In this document: in pieces, positions 24,220-27,945 of the stretch
How the letters are laid out: the number at the start of each line of letters is the position of its first letter
Numbering within the stretch: the first letter of the stretch is position 1
DNA from: a virus
Taxonomy: Duplodnaviria > Caudoviricetes
IMG/VR virus record: IMGVR_UViG_3300032216_001825
Coordinates: 1 to 27,945 of that record
Length of the DNA stretch: 27,945 nt
Direction: 5' to 3' (one strand)
The notes under the pieces: generated by a model
Seen by the model: the letters and a program-made list of their open reading frames with translations, nothing else
Told to the model about the DNA's origin: nothing
Databases searched by the model: none
Translations under genes and position numbers: made by a program

Positions 24220-25026
24220 TCAGAACGGGACGGAGTCGTCATGCACAGGAGTAGCCTGCTCGCCCTGATCCTCCTTCACCTTGACCTCGCCCGCCTTCAC
24301 GGACTTGGAGAAGTCCATGGCCATCTGGAACAAGGTCTTGTCATTCTGGTTGTTGATATTGACGCCGCGCTCGTGAGCAACCTCCCACCCGAACCACGAT
24401 CCCTTGTCGTTGCGCTCCTCGACGGTGCGCAGGCGATAGACCTGAGACATCATGGGCAGAGTGTACAGGCCGATCTTGCCCATTGCCGTGCGTGACTGCA
24501 TCTGCGTCACCCACTTGCGCGCCTTCTTCAACTGGGTCGAAGTCATAGTCAGCAGGCAGCGTTGCGGGATGCCGCTCTCGTCCAGACGGAGCAGGAAGAA
24601 CTGCGCCGTGTTGGTGAGGAGGTTCCCGTTGGGCAGCACGTCATTGCCACGGTCATCGCGGTAAGTGGTATTCACGATATTGTCGTCGGCGTTATAACTA
24701 TTCACATAGCCACCCCCTTTTTCACGGGGCTTCCACTCCACGTAGCGACGGCTGTAATAGCAGGGGACGACAAGCATCCCGGCTTCACCGTCGAACACCT
24801 CATTGGCGACGGTGTCGTAGATCATGCCAGCCTCAGCGCCCTGCACGTAGGCCCCGTCACGCTTATTCACCTGAGGTGAAAGCTGGGCGAGGACGCGCAG
24901 GAAGGGGATCGACATGTCCTCGGTGCGGACCTGATCCATACCGAGCCCGGCAAACTCCTCAAAGTCCCCGGCGATGGCGACAGCGGTTCCTGTCGTAGCG
25001 GTGGTAGCAACAGCATTCTTGGTCAT
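24220..25026 (-). CDS. Single-stranded DNA-binding-like protein (268 aa)
   Basis: ATG 25026; IPFLRVLAQLSPQV, YVEW, MTSTQLKKARKW, NDKGSWFGW; acidic-aromatic tail DDSVPF typical of SSBs; in replication operon. Confidence 0.75.
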   Translation of the reverse strand: MTKNAVATTATTGTAVAIAGDFEEFAGLGMDQVRTEDMSIPFLRVLAQLSPQVNKRDGAYVQGAEAGMIYDTVANEVFDGEAGMLVVPCYYSRRYVEWKPREKGGGYVNSYNADDNIVNTTYRDDRGNDVLPNGNLLTNTAQFFLLRLDESGIPQRCLLTMTSTQLKKARKWVTQMQSRTAMGKIGLYTLPMMSQVYRLRTVEERNDKGSWFGWEVAHERGVNINNQNDKTLFQMAMDFSKSVKAGEVKVKEDQGEQATPVHDDSVPF

Positions 25027-25027
25027 C

Positions 25028-25576
25028 TTACTTCCCTTTCTTGATCGTGGTCTTCTGACCGATGAAAATACCAAACAGCTCGCTGGGGATGTCAGTTCCC
25101 CGTTCGATCTGCTCCTTGCAGAAAGCCTTGAGTGTACTGGGATGTACAGCTTCCTTTTGATCCGTAGCCCACCCCTGCGCATCCAACTGACTGATCAGCG
25201 CAGCAGCCTTCTCGTCCTCACCCTTGCCGAAGGAGACGGACACCGTGTTCTTGATCAGGTCAGCATGGCCGTTCGAACGCAGCCAATCGTGTGCGTCGTA
25301 CGCGCGCTCCCTGCTGATGTTCGCGCTGATCACGGTGGCCACCGTCAGCTTTGAACCATCCGCCATCTTCAACTCGGTGAGCCCATGCTCTGCAAGTGCA
25401 GCGGGCAAAGCCTCACCAGAGATGTGCGCCAGTTCAGCCTGCGCACGTTTCAGGTCAGCCGTCAGATCCTCGACGCGCTGTTCCAGAACAAGCTGCTGAC
25501 GGGCGAGGCCAGCCACCTGTTTCAGGTCGTTGTTGTCCACATTGGACAACTGCATTGCGTAATCTTCTAGGTCCAC
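25028..25576 (-). CDS. Conserved replication-module protein (182 aa)
   Basis: GTG start after AGGAG; coiled coil, then WLRSNGHADLIKN and VHPSTLKAF motifs common upstream of phage SSB genes. Confidence 0.8.
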   Translation of the reverse strand: MDLEDYAMQLSNVDNNDLKQVAGLARQQLVLEQRVEDLTADLKRAQAELAHISGEALPAALAEHGLTELKMADGSKLTVATVISANISRERAYDAHDWLRSNGHADLIKNTVSVSFGKGEDEKAAALISQLDAQGWATDQKEAVHPSTLKAFCKEQIERGTDIPSELFGIFIGQKTTIKKGK

Positions 25577-25586
25577 TTTCTATCTC

Positions 25587-25898
25587 CTAGCGTTGGTACA
25601 GATCGACATCGATGGGGTAGTACCGGGTCTCGATACGGTCCCACTTCAACACCTTGAACTTCCCGTTGTTGGCGAGAGCAGCAAGGCAGCATGCTATCCC
25701 TATGCAGACCGGGTCACCGGACAGCACGAGGTAGTCGTTCGAGGTGAACTTTGCGAGCTTGCGCTGCATCCGCCGCACTGTTGGCATGGCTGACAACGAG
25801 ATCTGCTCCTTTGCAGGAAGCAAGATATCGAGATCACCAAACTCCAGAGCGTCGGACAGATCACGCCCCGGGACTTCTTGCGTTATGTAAACAGTCAC
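25587..25898 (-). CDS. Conserved hypothetical protein (103 aa from GTG 25898)
   Basis: GGGAG SD; VYITQE...A.EFG...DYLVLSGDP...LKWDR...YYP. Confidence 0.8.
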   Translation of the reverse strand: MTVYITQEVPGRDLSDALEFGDLDILLPAKEQISLSAMPTVRRMQRKLAKFTSNDYLVLSGDPVCIGIACCLAALANNGKFKVLKWDRIETRYYPIDVDLYQR

Positions 25899-25923
25899 GG
25901 CTTTCTCCCCGTTCGACACTCGC

Positions 25924-25988
25924 AACCTACGCCCAACCCCCGGGGGTCTGTCAAGCGGACTTGCAAAATTATTTTAGATGGGCATATT
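25924..25988. promoter_or_regulatory. Divergent promoter region (replication operon / SNF2 helicase)
   Basis: Minus-strand TTGACA at 25954-49; plus-strand TTGCAA(25961-66)-16 bp-CATATT; palindrome ACCCCCGGGGGT at 25936-47. Confidence 0.5.
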
Positions 25989-26020
25989 TGTGTCGTGCCA
26001 AACAGAAAGGGCCACGGACC

Positions 26021-27469
26021 ATGGACATCATTGACCGCTACAAGTTCCGCATGCAGCCGTACCAGCATCAGATGGACGCGCTTAGAAAATCGTGGAGCGA
26101 CAAAGAATTCGCCATCTTCGCCGAGATGGGAACAGGCAAATCGAAGATCCTCATAGACACTGTCTCAATGTTGTACGACCGGGGGAAAATCTCCGGCTTC
26201 CTCGTTGTAGCACCGAAAGGTGTGTACAAAAACTGGGAGACCATCGAGCTGCCCAAGCATGTGCCAGAGCATGTCCTCTACGACGTGACCGTCTGGGATC
26301 CGGGGACGTCCAAGAAGAACCTCGCTAGGTTGGATGAGTGCTTGGCGGACGATGAGAACCTGAAGGTTGTGGTGATGAACGTCGAGGCGTTTTCCACAGA
26401 AAAAGGTTTGACCTTCGCCCTGAAGTTCATGCGGGCCAAGAAAGTTCTGATGGCCGTGGATGAAAGCACAACGATCAAGAACGCCAAGGCGTTGAGAACG
26501 AAGAGCATTATCCGTGCGGGCAAGGCGGCTGAGTACCGCCGGGTGATGACGGGCTCCCCGATCACCAAAACCCCAATGGATTTGTACACACAATGTGCGT
26601 TCTTGGACGAGTGGATCTTAGGCTTTGGGAGTTTCTACTCGTTCCAAGGTAGGTACTGCCGCACCCTCAGGCGCAGTGTTGGAACACACTCGTTCAATCA
26701 GGTGGTGGGGTACCAGAACCTAGACGAACTTTCAGAGCGCCTCGACAAGTTCTCGTACCGCATCTTGAAGAAGGACTGCCTAGACCTTCCCGAAAAAGTG
26801 TACACTAAACGTGTCGTCCAACTTACGGATGAACAGGCTCGCGTCTATGCCACTGTCAAGAAGGCCGCGATTGCAGAGCTTGAGGGAAAGACGCTCACAG
26901 CTCAAAATGTGCTGACGCAGATTATCCGCTTGCAGCAGATTTGCTCGGGATATTTCAAGGCCGACGACGGTACGATCCTTGAAATGAAGTCGGACAAATT
27001 TGATGAGCTTCTCAGTGCCCTCGAAGAAGTCGACGGAAAGGTCATCATCTGGGCCAACTACACTTACGACATCCAGATGATCCAACGTGCGCTCGCCAAG
27101 GAGTATGGCCCCTCGTCTGTAGGTACGTACTACGGCGAGACCTCTCCGGATGCTCGTCAGCAAATGGTCAAAGACTTCCAAGATCCAGCTCATCCGCTTC
27201 GTTTCTTTGTTGGCCAACCACGGACCGGTGGCTATGGTCTGACGCTGACCGAGGCCAGCACGGTGATCTACTTCTCCAACAACTATGATCTGGAAGTTCG
27301 CTTGCAAAGCGAGGACCGTGCCCATCGCATTGGTCAAAGGAATAACGTCACATACATTGACATTGTAACCGAGGGTACAGTGGATGAGAAGATCCTCCGC
27401 GCCCTTCGAGAGAAGATTAATGTGGCTACACTTGTCCTAAAAGAGGGCCACAAGGAGTGGCTGATCTAG
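26021..27469 (+). CDS. SNF2-family SF2 helicase/ATPase (482 aa)
   Basis: ATG 26021 after AGAAAGGG; PYQHQ, EMGTGKS, VDES, MTGSP, GGYGLTLT, QSEDRAHRIGQ. Confidence 0.95.
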   Translation: MDIIDRYKFRMQPYQHQMDALRKSWSDKEFAIFAEMGTGKSKILIDTVSMLYDRGKISGFLVVAPKGVYKNWETIELPKHVPEHVLYDVTVWDPGTSKKNLARLDECLADDENLKVVVMNVEAFSTEKGLTFALKFMRAKKVLMAVDESTTIKNAKALRTKSIIRAGKAAEYRRVMTGSPITKTPMDLYTQCAFLDEWILGFGSFYSFQGRYCRTLRRSVGTHSFNQVVGYQNLDELSERLDKFSYRILKKDCLDLPEKVYTKRVVQLTDEQARVYATVKKAAIAELEGKTLTAQNVLTQIIRLQQICSGYFKADDGTILEMKSDKFDELLSALEEVDGKVIIWANYTYDIQMIQRALAKEYGPSSVGTYYGETSPDARQQMVKDFQDPAHPLRFFVGQPRTGGYGLTLTEASTVIYFSNNYDLEVRLQSEDRAHRIGQRNNVTYIDIVTEGTVDEKILRALREKINVATLVLKEGHKEWLI

Positions 27470-27720
27470 CACTTCCACGCCCGTAGCGATTTGTTGATGC
27501 GGGAGTTGGGGTCGTTAGCCGTCTTTTCAGAGGTCAGCTTCTTCTTCATGCCCTTCATCCGGGCGCAGAAGCTGTCCTTGCGAGGACCGCCCTCCGGTTG
27601 CGGGGCTTTGAGCCCGGGCTTGCCCGGGTTCTCTTTGTTGTAGGAGGCACGACCCTTGGCGTTGAGACCGCCACTCTGGGACTTGCCTTCCTTGCGCTGC
27701 CAAGCCGGGGACTTTGCCAT
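27466..27720 (-). CDS. DUF6321-like small basic phage protein (84 aa)
   Basis: AWQRKEGK...GGLNAKGRASY...SFCARMKG...DPNSRINKSLRAWKC. Confidence 0.85.
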   Translation of the reverse strand: MAKSPAWQRKEGKSQSGGLNAKGRASYNKENPGKPGLKAPQPEGGPRKDSFCARMKGMKKKLTSEKTANDPNSRINKSLRAWKC

Positions 27721-27884
27721 CACTTGCCCTTCTTCGCTGCCATCATGTTGTCCACAAGATTTGGATACGGGCGACCGGCCTTCTTGGCCGACGCCTTTGC
27801 AGAAGATTTCTGCGCAGGGGAGAGGCCCTTGGGCTTCCCAATACCGGCGGGCCTCGGCTTGTCCCAGATAGGTTTCTTCGCCAT
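27720..27884 (-). CDS. Small basic phage protein (54 aa; absent from ORF track)
   Basis: Manual translation MAKKPIWDKPRPAGIGKPKGLSPAQKSSAKASAKKAGRPYPNLVDNMMAAKKGK*; AAGGA SD; TGATG coupling to the next gene. Confidence 0.85.
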   Translation of the reverse strand: MAKKPIWDKPRPAGIGKPKGLSPAQKSSAKASAKKAGRPYPNLVDNMMAAKKGK

Positions 27885-27945
27885 CTATGCATCCTTGGTC
27901 AGGTCTGCCCCAACCTCTGCTACATCATGGACCCGGCTTTCCCAC
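27885..27945 (-). CDS. 3' end of an upstream gene, possibly an endolysin
   Basis: ...WESRVHDVAEVGADLTKDA* ends immediately before ATG 27884; W..RV resembles the GW..RV tail of GH108-type lysins, but only 19 codons are visible. Confidence 0.35.
   Translation of the reverse strand, partial: WESRVHDVAEVGADLTKDA

Noticed and set aside
25751-26020. Extension of SNF2 helicase to 572 aa
   Set aside because: Overlaps the divergent gene and promoter region; SD and helicase motifs fit ATG 26021.

Overview
Fragment of a tailed dsDNA phage genome (podovirus-like gene set). The GcrA-like, DnaA-C-like and OmpR/CtrA-like domains point to an alphaproteobacterial host (inference). Minus-strand late/packaging block: Asp/Asn-beta-hydroxylase-family oxygenase, TerS, PD-(D/E)XK nuclease, TerL, portal, lytic transglycosylase fusion, GNAT, and a >804-aa ORF missing from the ORF track (2412 to <1) built of hierarchical ~73-aa repeats. 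An oppositely oriented block of small genes (8330-10740), with repeated start-associated sequences, a repeated ATTGCATCAAAGG motif and a Cys-rich Fe-S/radical-SAM-like gene, separates TerS from TerL. A 60-bp inverted repeat carrying 8 TCACAGGG iterons (12465-12705) is a candidate replication origin. A plus-strand accessory operon (12866-19130) includes a thermonuclease, stand-alone DnaA-C, GcrA-C and OmpR/CtrA-type wHTH domains, an acidic-tail protein and a GIY-YIG-HTH protein. The replication block encodes a Leu762 PolA, UvrD helicase, AEP primase, SSB-like protein and SNF2 helicase. No capsid, integrase, tRNA, rRNA, CRISPR or RT gene was seen. All family calls come from motif recognition by eye, not database searches.
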